Below, piece after piece: positions 1 through 9,336 of a stretch of 64,000 nt of DNA. The notes under the pieces are model-generated. The model had not been told where the DNA came from, made no database searches, and worked only from the letters and a program-made list of their open reading frames with translations. Positions within the stretch are counted from its first letter, which is position 1, and each line of letters begins with the position of its first letter. The DNA is from Nannocystis bainbridge (GTDB lineage Bacteria; Myxococcota_A; Polyangia; Nannocystales; Nannocystaceae), in assembly GCF_028368995.1 (NCBI RefSeq), contig NZ_JAQNDL010000001.1, forward strand, positions 1,632,001 to 1,696,000, written 5' to 3'. The position numbers and the translations under genes were made by a program.

Positions 1-541
1 CAGCGGCGCGCACCTCAACCCGGCGGTCACCCTGGCGCTGGCGCTGCGCGGCAAGTTCCTGTGGCAGGATGTCCCTTCGTACATGTGCGCCCAATTGCTC
101 GGCGCCTTCGTCGGCGCCACGATCGTGTGGCTCGCCTATCGGCGCCAGTTCGACGCCACCGCCGACCCCGCGACCGTGCGCGGGGTGTTCTGCACCGCGC
201 CGGCGATCCGCGACCTCGGCAGCAACTTCCTCACCGAGGCGATCGCCACCTGCGTGTTCGTGCTCGGGGTGCTGCAGATCGCCGCGCCGACGCACGGGCT
301 CGGGGCCCTCGACGCCCTGCCGGTCGCGCTGCTGGTGCTGGCGATCGGCCTGTCGCTCGGCGGCCCGACCGGCTACGCCATCAACCCGGCGCGCGACCTC
401 GGGCCGCGGCTGGCCCACGCGATCCTGCCGCTGCGCGGCAAGGGCGACAGCGACTGGGGCTACGCGTGGGTGCCGATCGCCGGCCCGCTGGTGGGCGCGA
501 CCGCGGCGGCGCTGCTGCACGGGGCCCTGTTCGGGGGGTGA
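1..541 (+). CDS. glpF: MIP family aquaporin/glycerol uptake facilitator (5' truncated by window edge)
   Basis: Frame 2 reads SGAHLNPAVT at the window start and GGPTGYAINPARDLGPRL later, giving both NPA motifs with the GlpF-type NPARD; stop at 541. Confidence 0.9.
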   Translation, partial: SGAHLNPAVTLALALRGKFLWQDVPSYMCAQLLGAFVGATIVWLAYRRQFDATADPATVRGVFCTAPAIRDLGSNFLTEAIATCVFVLGVLQIAAPTHGLGALDALPVALLVLAIGLSLGGPTGYAINPARDLGPRLAHAILPLRGKGDSDWGYAWVPIAGPLVGATAAALLHGALFGG

Positions 542-551
542 CACCTCGCGC

Positions 552-580
552 CCGCGTCGCCGCGGGCTCCGGCGACGCGG
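552..580 (+). terminator. GC-rich hairpin after glpF
   Basis: ccgcgtcgccg-7nt-cggcgacgcgg, perfect 11-bp stem 10 nt after the stop; no U-tract. Confidence 0.5.
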
Positions 581-1030
581 ACGCGTGGCATCACAGCGCG
601 GAGAGGACTCGGAGCGTCACGAAGGCCGCGACGCGGATGCATCGCCGATCTGCCAGTGGAGCTCGCTCCGAGAGGCATCGATGCGAAGTTCACGGCGGTC
701 CCGCGCGCGAATGCGAGGACCTGGACAGTCGCGCCGCTGATCGGTCGGACCTGACGGTCCGTGGCCGGGCCAGCGGGCGCGAGCTCGGGGGCGATAAGGG
801 GAGTGTGAATAGAGGGAGTGTCGGCCCCGGCGTCGAAGATAGCGGCGACGACGAGGTCTTCCCATAACGCGGACCGCGGCAGCGCGGGCGGATACAGATA
901 CTGCGCATGACGGACCCTCGGTATCGCCAAGGATGAACAGCCTCGGACGGACTGCCACCGCCCTCGCCTACCTGTGTGATACCCGCCGCGCCTCGGCGGC
1001 ACGGACCTGCACGCCGCCACAGCCCTGGCC

Positions 1031-2968
1031 TCAGGGGCCCTGTTCGAGCACGAATTCGGCCGGCAGCGTCGGCCCCCCCACGACCCGGATAAACCCCGTT
1101 TCGTCGCCCTCGACCGGCTCGCGCTCGATCTGGCAATCGATGTTCGCGACCTCGCTGCGGCAGCGCAGCTCCTGCAACCAGTGAAATCGCAGCACCAGCT
1201 CCTGCGTGCCGGGCGCCGGCTTCGCCGCCGACACGGCGATCCGTCCGAGCCCCGCCTCGACGCGGGCGCTGCCGCGGACCAGGTACCCGGCCGGCTTGCG
1301 CACGCGGTAGGCGCGATAGCGGCCGCCGACGATCCCGCGCGGCTCGAGCAGGTCGAGGCGGCGCTCGATCGCCGGGATGTGCGGCACCGACATCAGCACG
1401 TACGCGACGTTGAAGGTCTGCAGATAGCGCTCGAGGCCCTCGTTGTAGCGCTCGTCGCTGTCGAGCCAGTGGAACAGGTTGGCCTGCTCGTGGATGGTCC
1501 GGCGATCGGGGAAGCCGCCGAGGATCGGCCGGTCGGTGGCCCAGCGCAGGTACTCGCCGAGGGCCCAGTAGTGCACGAGGAACCGGCCCTCGTCGGGCTG
1601 CGCGGCGACCCACGCGGCGACCTCCTGGAAATCGTCGCTGATCGGCTTCAGGCGCATGCTCGGGAAGAACTGCTCCTCCTGCACCACGCTCTTGAGGAAG
1701 CCCATCGGCGACACGTCGACGCCGGGCAAGAAGGTCGCCAGCTGGGCGTAGACCCGCGGCGCCAGCAGCACGAGCAGGCCGATCGCCAGCCCGCGCAGGC
1801 CCGCGGGGATCTGCGACCATGTCCTTCGGGTCAGGTTGTCGGCGAGCCACGGCCCGGCCAGCACCGCGGCCCAGCAGGCCATCGGCGCCGCGAACCGGTA
1901 CGGCTCGGTGGCCGGCACCAGCGGCAGCAGGGCGCCTATGTAGCTGAGCCCGAACAGCCACGCCAGCGTGCCGCCGGCGAAGCCGAGCGCCGGTTCGCGC
2001 GTGCGTCGCCAGGCCAGCAAGGTCCCGATCGCGGCCAGCACCGCGATGGTGCGCACGAACGTGCGCTGGCGGACGAACCCGGTCGTCAGCGGATCGACGA
2101 ACACCTCGAGCAGGTCGTAGAAGAAGAACGCGGGCGTGGCCTGGCCGAGCTTGTGCGACGGCGCCATCAGCTCCATGTGCGTCAGGGCGGGCCACAGCCA
2201 GTAAGCATTGACGGCGATCGTCAGCGCCGCCAGGCCCCACACGCGCGCGTGGCCGGCGAGCGCGAGCCCGCGGGCGCGCGCGACGTAGAGGCCGATCATC
2301 GGCCCCGCGAGCGCGGCGAAGCTCCACACGTGGGTCAGCAGCGTCAGCGGCAGCAGCACCAGCAGCGCCGCCCAGCCGCCGCGTGCCGGTGCGGCGCCGA
2401 GCTGGCGCCAGAACAGCGCCAGCACCAGCACGCACAGGTGCGAGACGGTCGCGAACGAGATCATGCCGCCGCCCCAGAAGAAGCGGATCAGCGACTCGAA
2501 GTGCCACAGCAGCACGCCGAGCCCGAACGTCCACGCCTGCGACCGGGCCGACACGCCGAGCAGCCGCGCCGCCAGCGTCAGCGAGATCGGCATGGCGATC
2601 GCCGAGACCAGCGTGTAGAGGTTGAACGCCATCGTCAGCGGCAGGCCCAGCCGGTGCAGCACGGTGCAGAACAGGAAGTGGGCCTTGTTGTCGACGTCGA
2701 AGAACAGGCCCGCCGGATAGCCGGCCAGCATCATCGGGTCGTAGACCCACAGCCGACCCTCGGCCAGCGCCCGCGTCAGCGTGTGCGTGTGCTGAAAGTG
2801 GGTCTGGTAGTCGGGCCCGCTGAACGGCTGGGCGCCGAACACCACCCGCAGCGGGATGGCGTTGAGCACCAGACCGGCGTGGATCGCCGCGAACCCGAGG
2901 AACATGCCCCGGTGCCCGCGCAGCCAGGCCCAGCGCGTGCTCCCGGCCGCTGCGGTGGGGTCGGTCAT
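1031..2968 (-). CDS. Polytopic membrane protein, GT-C/YfhO-like glycosyltransferase-related
   Basis: 645 aa, many TM helices, N-terminal D...H and YDP...AGYP segment, soluble C-terminal domain. Confidence 0.6.
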   Translation of the reverse strand: MTDPTAAAGSTRWAWLRGHRGMFLGFAAIHAGLVLNAIPLRVVFGAQPFSGPDYQTHFQHTHTLTRALAEGRLWVYDPMMLAGYPAGLFFDVDNKAHFLFCTVLHRLGLPLTMAFNLYTLVSAIAMPISLTLAARLLGVSARSQAWTFGLGVLLWHFESLIRFFWGGGMISFATVSHLCVLVLALFWRQLGAAPARGGWAALLVLLPLTLLTHVWSFAALAGPMIGLYVARARGLALAGHARVWGLAALTIAVNAYWLWPALTHMELMAPSHKLGQATPAFFFYDLLEVFVDPLTTGFVRQRTFVRTIAVLAAIGTLLAWRRTREPALGFAGGTLAWLFGLSYIGALLPLVPATEPYRFAAPMACWAAVLAGPWLADNLTRRTWSQIPAGLRGLAIGLLVLLAPRVYAQLATFLPGVDVSPMGFLKSVVQEEQFFPSMRLKPISDDFQEVAAWVAAQPDEGRFLVHYWALGEYLRWATDRPILGGFPDRRTIHEQANLFHWLDSDERYNEGLERYLQTFNVAYVLMSVPHIPAIERRLDLLEPRGIVGGRYRAYRVRKPAGYLVRGSARVEAGLGRIAVSAAKPAPGTQELVLRFHWLQELRCRSEVANIDCQIEREPVEGDETGFIRVVGGPTLPAEFVLEQGP

Positions 2969-3145
2969 CGGCGGCGCGACGATACGCCGGGCCCGCCCGC
3001 GGCGTCAAAGGTGGCGCGGCCCGGCCGCGAAGATCGGCGGCGCCGACCGCTGGATCCCGGCGCGCCCGACGAGCACGACCTCACCGCAGCCCGGGCTCGC
3101 CTCCAGCGCCCTCGCCGCGGGCCGTCGCCCGCCGACCCATTGCCA

Positions 3146-3167
3146 TCACATGTCCTTCAGGACAGCA
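3146..3167. repeat. 14-bp-period CATG element (1.5 units)
   Basis: cacatgtccttcaggacagc; CATG at 3149, degenerate CAGC at 3163. Confidence 0.55.
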
Positions 3168-3295
3168 CGAAGCACGAGCGCCGCCGGTATACGCCCGGCG
3201 CGGACCTGCGCGCGTGACCGCCCCCGCCGGCCCGCCCTCCGAGGACGCGAGGAGCCGGCCTTGCCGGGCATCCGCCGGCCATCCATCCTTGCAGC

Positions 3296-4258
3296 ATGAC
3301 CTTCGCTTGTGCTCGCCTGGCCTCGTGCGCCTTGCTGCTCATCCTCTCCTGTGGCCCGGGCGTCGGTGAATCCGACACCTCGTCCACCGGGACGCCCGGG
3401 CCCTCGACCACCTCCTCGAGCGACCCCGCGAGTTCGTCCGACAGCAGCACCTCCGCTCCCACGAGCGACAGCGACGGCGCCACCTCCTCCTCCGCGAGCG
3501 ACAGCGACGCCACCGCCTCCACCTACACGAGCGACGCCACCACCACCTCCTCCACCAGCGACGCCACCGCCTCGACCAGCGAGCCCTCCACCGTCACCGG
3601 CGATCCCCCTGGCCCGGCCCTGCCAGCCGGCTGCGAGTCGACCGATCCCGAGGTCGCCGCCGGGTTCGCCATCGCGCTGCCCGGCTGGCCCCCCGACCAC
3701 ACGCTGCCACCGCTCGAGTTCGTCACCTGCGTCATCGACGAGGTCATCGTCGACGTCATCGTCGACGTCGACGTCGTGACCACGAAGTTGACTTGCGACA
3801 TCGCCGGCACCCTGCGGCCGGTCGAAGTCACCATCGACGCCGGGCCCGAGGGCCCGGTCGCCTGGGGCGCCGGGCAGTCCGTGCGTCTGCGTCACGCCGA
3901 CATCGAGGGCGACAGCATCCGCCGTTCCCTCCACATGAAGCCGATCGATGACGACGACGCCGTCCTGATCCTCGCGCTCGACATGTTGAACGGCGACGGC
4001 CTCGACGTGTTGGGGTCGCCGCTGCAGATCGACGTCGAGCTCGCCTGCGATCCGGAGATGACAGGCGAGTCCCGCCCGACCCTGCTGCGCTTCGGCCTGC
4101 CCGACGACTCGGACGCTCTGGAGCTGTTCAACGGCCACCGCGGGGTCCTCGCTATCGACGACGCCTTCGCCTACGCCATCGACCTGGCCGAGTCCCGCGG
4201 CAATGCCCTCCATCCCGACGGTCGCGTCCAATTCCTGATCCGCAGGGTCGCCGACTGA
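3296..4258 (+). CDS. Hypothetical lipoprotein with Ser/Thr/Asp-rich linker
   Basis: LLLILSC lipobox-like signal, low-complexity S/T linker, globular C-terminus. Confidence 0.7.
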   Translation: MTFACARLASCALLLILSCGPGVGESDTSSTGTPGPSTTSSSDPASSSDSSTSAPTSDSDGATSSSASDSDATASTYTSDATTTSSTSDATASTSEPSTVTGDPPGPALPAGCESTDPEVAAGFAIALPGWPPDHTLPPLEFVTCVIDEVIVDVIVDVDVVTTKLTCDIAGTLRPVEVTIDAGPEGPVAWGAGQSVRLRHADIEGDSIRRSLHMKPIDDDDAVLILALDMLNGDGLDVLGSPLQIDVELACDPEMTGESRPTLLRFGLPDDSDALELFNGHRGVLAIDDAFAYAIDLAESRGNALHPDGRVQFLIRRVAD

Positions 4259-4304
4259 CCCTCGCGTAGCGTGAACCCTCCTGGTTCTTCTAACAATGCC
4301 AATA

Positions 4305-4328
4305 GGACATGCTCCAAGAGACATGTCC
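4305..4328. repeat. 14-bp-period CATG element (2 units)
   Basis: ggacatgctccaagagacatgtcc; CATG at 4308 and 4322; between convergent genes. Confidence 0.75.
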
Positions 4329-4341
4329 TCGAGGCCAGCCA

Positions 4342-4986
4342 TCACCGCGGCACCTGCCCGCCGTAGATCGTCGCCAGCCAGATCTCGAGCAGCACGTCCA
4401 CCACCCGCGCCTCGTCGATCATCGGCGCGTGGTCGGCGAAGCCGGCGTGCAGCACCCGCTCGTTCATCCAGTTGAGCGCGACGGCGAGGTCGCGCGCCGG
4501 GGCCCCGCAGCGCGCCGCTCCACGCGCGCGCTCGGCCTCGATCGCCGCCGCCGTCTCCTCCACCAGCCCCGTCATCACCTGCGACCACAGCGCGCGGACC
4601 TCCGGGTTCGTCACGCGCGCGTCCGCGGCTGCCACGCTGACGGCCCGGTGGGCGCGGAAGATCCGGTAGTACGTCTCGATCGCCGCTCGCCACCCCCGCG
4701 CCGGATCCCCGGCTGCGCTCGCCAGCGCCGCGTCGCGCTCGGCCCGCGCCTGCTCGACCATGCGATCGAGCAGCGACAGCAGCACCGCGTCCTTCGACGG
4801 GAAGTAAAAGTAGAACGTCGGCCGCGAGATGCCGGCCCCGCGGGCGATGTCGTCGATCGAGATCTCGGGCAGCGCGCGCTGCTCGAGCAGCTTCTCGAAG
4901 CTCGTAAGGATCGCCTGCTCGCGGTCGTCACCGCTCGGGCGGCGGGCCCGGCGGCCGCGCGACGGGCGGTCCTTGCCCTCGCTCAT
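4342..4986 (-). CDS. ethR: TetR family repressor, EthR-like
   Basis: RGRRARRPSGDDREQAIL, GAGISRPTFYFYFPSK, ALNWMNER and IWLATIYG closely recall M. tuberculosis EthR; divergent from an ethA-like gene. Confidence 0.85.
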   Translation of the reverse strand: MSEGKDRPSRGRRARRPSGDDREQAILTSFEKLLEQRALPEISIDDIARGAGISRPTFYFYFPSKDAVLLSLLDRMVEQARAERDAALASAAGDPARGWRAAIETYYRIFRAHRAVSVAAADARVTNPEVRALWSQVMTGLVEETAAAIEAERARGAARCGAPARDLAVALNWMNERVLHAGFADHAPMIDEARVVDVLLEIWLATIYGGQVPR

Positions 4987-5060
4987 GGCCGACCTCGCCC
5001 GGTCGCCGATTTGCCGAAAAACGCGCTCACGGCGGCAATCTGGACCCATCCGGCCCGCCA

Positions 5061-5106
5061 GTCAACACCATGTTGACACACTCGACACGGTGTTGAACAC
5101 TGTCGG
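5061..5106. promoter_or_regulatory. EthR-type operator (overlapping inverted repeats)
   Basis: gtcaaca-cca-tgttgac perfect IR (5061-5077) followed by tcgacac-g-gtgttga, in the divergent intergenic region. Confidence 0.75.
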
Positions 5107-5110
5107 GGTC

Positions 5111-6586
5111 ATGACGCCCGAACACCTCGACGTGCTGATCATCGGCGCTGGTCTGTCCGGCATCGGCGCCGCCTATCACTTGCAGCACGGGTGCCCCGGC
5201 AAGCGCTTCGCCTTGCTTGAGGGTCGGGCCGACCTCGGCGGCACCTGGGACCTGTTCCGTTACCCCGGCGTGCGCTCCGACTCCGACATGCACACGCTCG
5301 GCTACAGCTTCCGCCCGTGGGCCGAGGCGCGGGCAATCGCCGACGGCCCCTCGATCCTCAAGTACCTGCGCGACACCGCCGTCGCCTACGGCATCGATCG
5401 CAAGATCCGGTTTCATCATCGCGTCGTCGCGGCGCGTTACGCCACAGCCGACGCCCGCTGGACCGTCGACATCGTGCGCGGCGACACCGGCGAGGCCTCG
5501 CAGCTCACCTGCGATTTCCTGCTCGGGTGCACCGGCTACTACCGCTACGACGAGGGCTACACCCCGCAATTCGCCGGCACCGAGCGGTTCGCCGGTCGCA
5601 TCGTGCACCCGCAGCACTGGCCGGCCGACCTCGACTACGCCGGCAAGCGGATCGTCGTCATCGGCAGCGGCGCGACCGCGGTAACGCTCGTCCCGGCGAT
5701 GGCCGGGACCGCCTCGCACGTCACCATGCTGCAGCGTTCGCCGACCTGGATCTCCAGCCTGCCGACCGACGATCGCATCGCCGGCTCGCTGCGCCGCTGG
5801 TTGCCCGAGGCCGCCGCCGCCGCCGCCGTGCGCTGGAAGAACATCCTGTTTCAGCTCGGCATTTATCAGACCTCGCGCCGGCGCCCGCACCTCATCAAGC
5901 GCGTGCTGCGGAAGGCGCTCGAGCGCCAGCTGCCCGCCGGTTACGACATCGACCGTCACTTCACCCCGCGCTACGACCCGTGGGATCAGCGGCTGTGCCT
6001 CGCGCCCGACGGCGACTTTTTCAAGGCCATCCGTCGCGGTCACGCCTCGGTGGTCACCGACGAGATCGAGAGCTTCACCGAGACCGGCCTGCGCCTCAAG
6101 TCGGGCGACGAGCTCGCCGCCGACATCATCGTCACCGCGACCGGCCTCAACCTGCTGCTGTTCGGGGGCATCCGCGTGTTCGTCGATGGCGCCGAGGTCC
6201 CGGTCTCCGCGCGCAAGACCTACAAGGGGCTGATGCTCGAGGGCGTGCCCAACTTCGCGTTCGCGCTCGGCTACACCAACGCCTCGTGGACCCTCAAGGC
6301 CGACCTCACCGGCGCGTACGTGTGCCGCCTGCTCAAGCACATGGAGGCCCGCGGCCACCGCCAGTGCGTGCCCGTCAACGACGACGCCAACATGGCCGAG
6401 CGGCCGCTGCTCGACTTCGGCGCCGGCTACGTGCTGCGCTCGCTGGCGATGCTGCCCAAGCAGGGCGCGCACGCGCCGTGGCGGCTGCGCATGAACTACC
6501 CGTCCGACCTGCTGGCCCTGCGCCTCGGGCCCGTGACCGACAGGGCGATGCGGTTCTCGAGCCCCGAGCCCAGCGCTCGCGCGTGA
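5111..6586 (+). CDS. ethA: FAD-dependent Baeyer-Villiger monooxygenase, EthA-like
   Basis: GAGLSG, GGTWDLFRYPGVRSDSD, FAGRIVHPQHWP, GSGATA, YDPWDQRLC, GYTNASWTLKADL. Confidence 0.9.
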   Translation: MTPEHLDVLIIGAGLSGIGAAYHLQHGCPGKRFALLEGRADLGGTWDLFRYPGVRSDSDMHTLGYSFRPWAEARAIADGPSILKYLRDTAVAYGIDRKIRFHHRVVAARYATADARWTVDIVRGDTGEASQLTCDFLLGCTGYYRYDEGYTPQFAGTERFAGRIVHPQHWPADLDYAGKRIVVIGSGATAVTLVPAMAGTASHVTMLQRSPTWISSLPTDDRIAGSLRRWLPEAAAAAAVRWKNILFQLGIYQTSRRRPHLIKRVLRKALERQLPAGYDIDRHFTPRYDPWDQRLCLAPDGDFFKAIRRGHASVVTDEIESFTETGLRLKSGDELAADIIVTATGLNLLLFGGIRVFVDGAEVPVSARKTYKGLMLEGVPNFAFALGYTNASWTLKADLTGAYVCRLLKHMEARGHRQCVPVNDDANMAERPLLDFGAGYVLRSLAMLPKQGAHAPWRLRMNYPSDLLALRLGPVTDRAMRFSSPEPSARA

Positions 6587-6601
6587 GCGCGACCGCGAGC
6601 C

Positions 6602-7583
6602 TCAATCGCAGCCCATGCAATACCGGTAGACGACCGCCGCGCCGTCGACCAGCACCGTCAGCGCGGAGGGACCGCCCGGCGCGCTGGCGTGGGTGAACGC
6701 GTACGCCGGCAGGTCGAGCCAGTGCGTCCGCGTCAGCCCGCCCTCGGCCTCGTGCCAGGCCCACAGCCCGCCCTCGGCCAGGATCGTGGCCGACAGCAGG
6801 GTCGCGCCGTCGACCTCGTACCCGCCGACGTGGATCTGCCGGATCGGCGGCGTGAACCCGGGGTTGATGCGATCCCAGGTCTCGCCGTCGTCTCGACTCA
6901 CCAGCAGCGCGCCGTCAGCCGCGCCGATCATGCCCATGGCGGGGCCTCCGCCGCTCGAGGTGAGCGCCACCGTCCGCAGATCGGCGGTCGTGTCGACGGG
7001 GACAGGCGCCCAGGTCTCGCCCTCGTCGCCGCTGCGCACGATCGTGCCGCCGTCGCCGACCGCGACGGCGACCGGCCGCGCGAGCGCCACTGCCTGCAGA
7101 CGCTGGTCCGTGCCGCTGACGCGCGCTCGCCACGTCTCCAGATCGCCGCTCGCCACCAGCACCGTGCCGTCGTCGCCGACGGCGATGCCGATCCGGAACG
7201 GGCAGTGTGCCACCAGCCCGCGCAGCGCCGCCGCGGTCGCCGGAGAAGTCGGCGCATGCCAGGTCTCGCCGAGATCGTCCGACACGCGGATCGTCCCGCG
7301 ATCGCCGACGACGACATACGGACACATGGGATCGATCGAGCCGAGCGCGAACACCCCGTGCAGATCGGCGTCGGTCCCGGCGTCGCGCGGCTCGTAGCGG
7401 AAATGCCACCGCCAGCGCTCCGCCCGCCCCGACCGCGACCACGGACTCGGCCACGCGCAGCGGCTGCTCGTGGTCGAGCCGGAACCACCGATCGCAGTCG
7501 TCCTCGCGCGGGCACACGTGGCAGCTCGCCAGCGCCACGGCGACGCCCGCGACGGCGACCCGCCCGCTCGCCCCGGAGCGCAT
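6602..7583 (-). pseudogene. YCF48/BNR-repeat beta-propeller lipoprotein, frameshifted near 7400
   Basis: Signal and lipobox (MRSG...VALASC) in one frame; VGDxGTI..SxDxGxTW repeats in another frame. Confidence 0.6.
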
Positions 7584-7787
7584 CGATGCGCCGCGTCTCG
7601 CTCGCGCTGCTGGCACTCGACCTCCGGGGACGGAGTCGCCGGGGCCGCAATAAAAATTGCGGCAGCGCGACGAATGCTCGCGCGTCCGTGGGCGCCGCCA
7701 CGGCCGCCCACGACCTCGTTCACGCGTCACCGAGTGCGCTCGGCGCGTCCGGGGAGCCTCAGCGCACCCGGTCGTCCGCGACTGCGG

Positions 7788-8213
7788 TTATGTGATACAC
7801 CGATCGCCCGCCTTCTTCCTGGGCGGACTGCGGTCGCGGTGGAACACGAACACCTTGCCGAACACGCCAATGGCGAGGGTCGAATGCCCGGTCGTGGCCG
7901 AGACGACCAGGTAGTCGCCGTGGATGAGCACGGGGGCGTTCAGCAGGTCCGCCGCGCGCAGCGCCGTCGCGTGCTGCGCCCGGTCCGGCTTCGTCAGGAG
8001 GGCCAGCAGGAGCAACGTCACCACGGCCACCCTGTCGATCCAGCGCGAGCGGCCGACGAACCGGCCCCGGAGCGCGACCAGGAAGAGCAGCACGAAGCCG
8101 GCGAGGACGGGGAGCACCACCGCCTGCCGCAGCAGAGGGCTGAGGGCGTCTCCAGCCACCACCGTGTTGATAAGGGTCGGTGCGGACACGAGGTCCAGCA
8201 GGTCTGGTTGCAT
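7788..8213 (-). CDS. Hypothetical small membrane protein
   Basis: ORF with two hydrophobic segments; no recognisable motif. Confidence 0.4.
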   Translation of the reverse strand: MQPDLLDLVSAPTLINTVVAGDALSPLLRQAVVLPVLAGFVLLFLVALRGRFVGRSRWIDRVAVVTLLLLALLTKPDRAQHATALRAADLLNAPVLIHGDYLVVSATTGHSTLAIGVFGKVFVFHRDRSPPRKKAGDRCIT

Positions 8214-8708
8214 CGAGAATGTCTTCCGCGATCGCGCTTGCGATCTGCGGAATGGCGGCCCGACCACTCCAGAACCTGTGACGGAACTCCCGTCACACCC
8301 TACGCGGATACGCACCGCGCACTACGTAGATAACCCACCATGGCTCAGCATGCAAGGGGCCCGCGGGCCAAAGACGGCACGGCGCGTCTGGCGCCCGAGC
8401 ATTGGCCGCCTGTCTTCAGATTACAAGGAGTTCATCTGTGACGCCCTGTCGCTCCCCGGCGCGCGGCCGGGGCGCCCGCGGCGGGGTCTTCTCCCTCGGG
8501 CTCACGACCACCGCCCGGCGCGTCCCTGGAATCGTGCCCTCCCTGCCAATGGAACACCCCACGCAATCGGTCCGAGCAATGTTTGGCCACACTGCGATGG
8601 GCGAGTTCACGCATCTCCCCCACCGCCGAACGGCCCTCGTGATTCTCGTCGCCGGCCGCGCCCCCGCCCGGCTCCCGGGCTTATCGTCCGGGGCGACTGT
8701 CCCTCGCC

Positions 8709-9203
8709 ATGCCCGTCATCGCCGAACCCGACCGCCTGCCCGCCCTGCGCCGCCTCGGCCTGTCGCCGGCCCTGCTCCGCCTCGCGGCCGGTCAAGCGCC
8801 GCACCCGGCCCTGGCGCGCTGCCTGAGCGGTCCGCCCTTCTATCTCTACCGCGGCGCCCACTCGCCGCCTGGCTCGCCGCTGGTGCCGCTGTGGGATCTG
8901 CACGACCAGGCGCTCGCCGTACGCGCCGCGACCGACGCCCTGGAATTCCTGCGCTTCAGTATCGAGGCACCGGCGCACCCCGAACACCTGGCCCGCACCG
9001 AGGCTGGCTTCTGGGCCACCCAGTTCGACGCCCTGTACGAGCTGGACCTCGACCTCGACGCCCTGCACGCCGCCGCCCAGGCCGTCGGCTACCGCCACCT
9101 GGCGCTGCAACTGGGGGCCCGCGACGCGTACGAGCGGGAGGACGCCGCCCATCCCGCATGGCTCTCGGGCCTGGTCGCGCGCATCGACGCCCTGCAGGTC
9201 TGA
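8709..9203 (+). CDS. Hypothetical protein
   Basis: 164 aa, GC3-rich codon usage, globular composition. Confidence 0.65.
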   Translation: MPVIAEPDRLPALRRLGLSPALLRLAAGQAPHPALARCLSGPPFYLYRGAHSPPGSPLVPLWDLHDQALAVRAATDALEFLRFSIEAPAHPEHLARTEAGFWATQFDALYELDLDLDALHAAAQAVGYRHLALQLGARDAYEREDAAHPAWLSGLVARIDALQV

Positions 9204-9336
9204 GCCCGCGCCCGCGCCCCCGAATGCCACGACACCGCGGTCCATGGCAATGGCATGACTCTGTCGAGCGCGGCGGTACCTGCCGCGGAGCGCCAAGAAT
9301 CGGGCGCCCCGACTGCGACACCGCCGGCCAATGGCC

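Noticed and set aside
600-1020. Lower-GC stretch with protein-like minus-strand fragment (WEDLVVAAIFDAGAD...)
   Set aside because: No convincing start or motif; possibly a gene remnant but cannot be supported.
3400-3600. Repeated gcgagcgacagcgacg / accacctcctcc motifs
   Set aside because: They encode an ordinary Ser/Thr/Asp linker of a lipoprotein.
8214-8700. Atypical-composition intergenic region with an imperfect inverted repeat near 8224-8252 (possible ncRNA or IS remnant)
   Set aside because: No recognisable RNA family, terminal repeats or transposase fragment.
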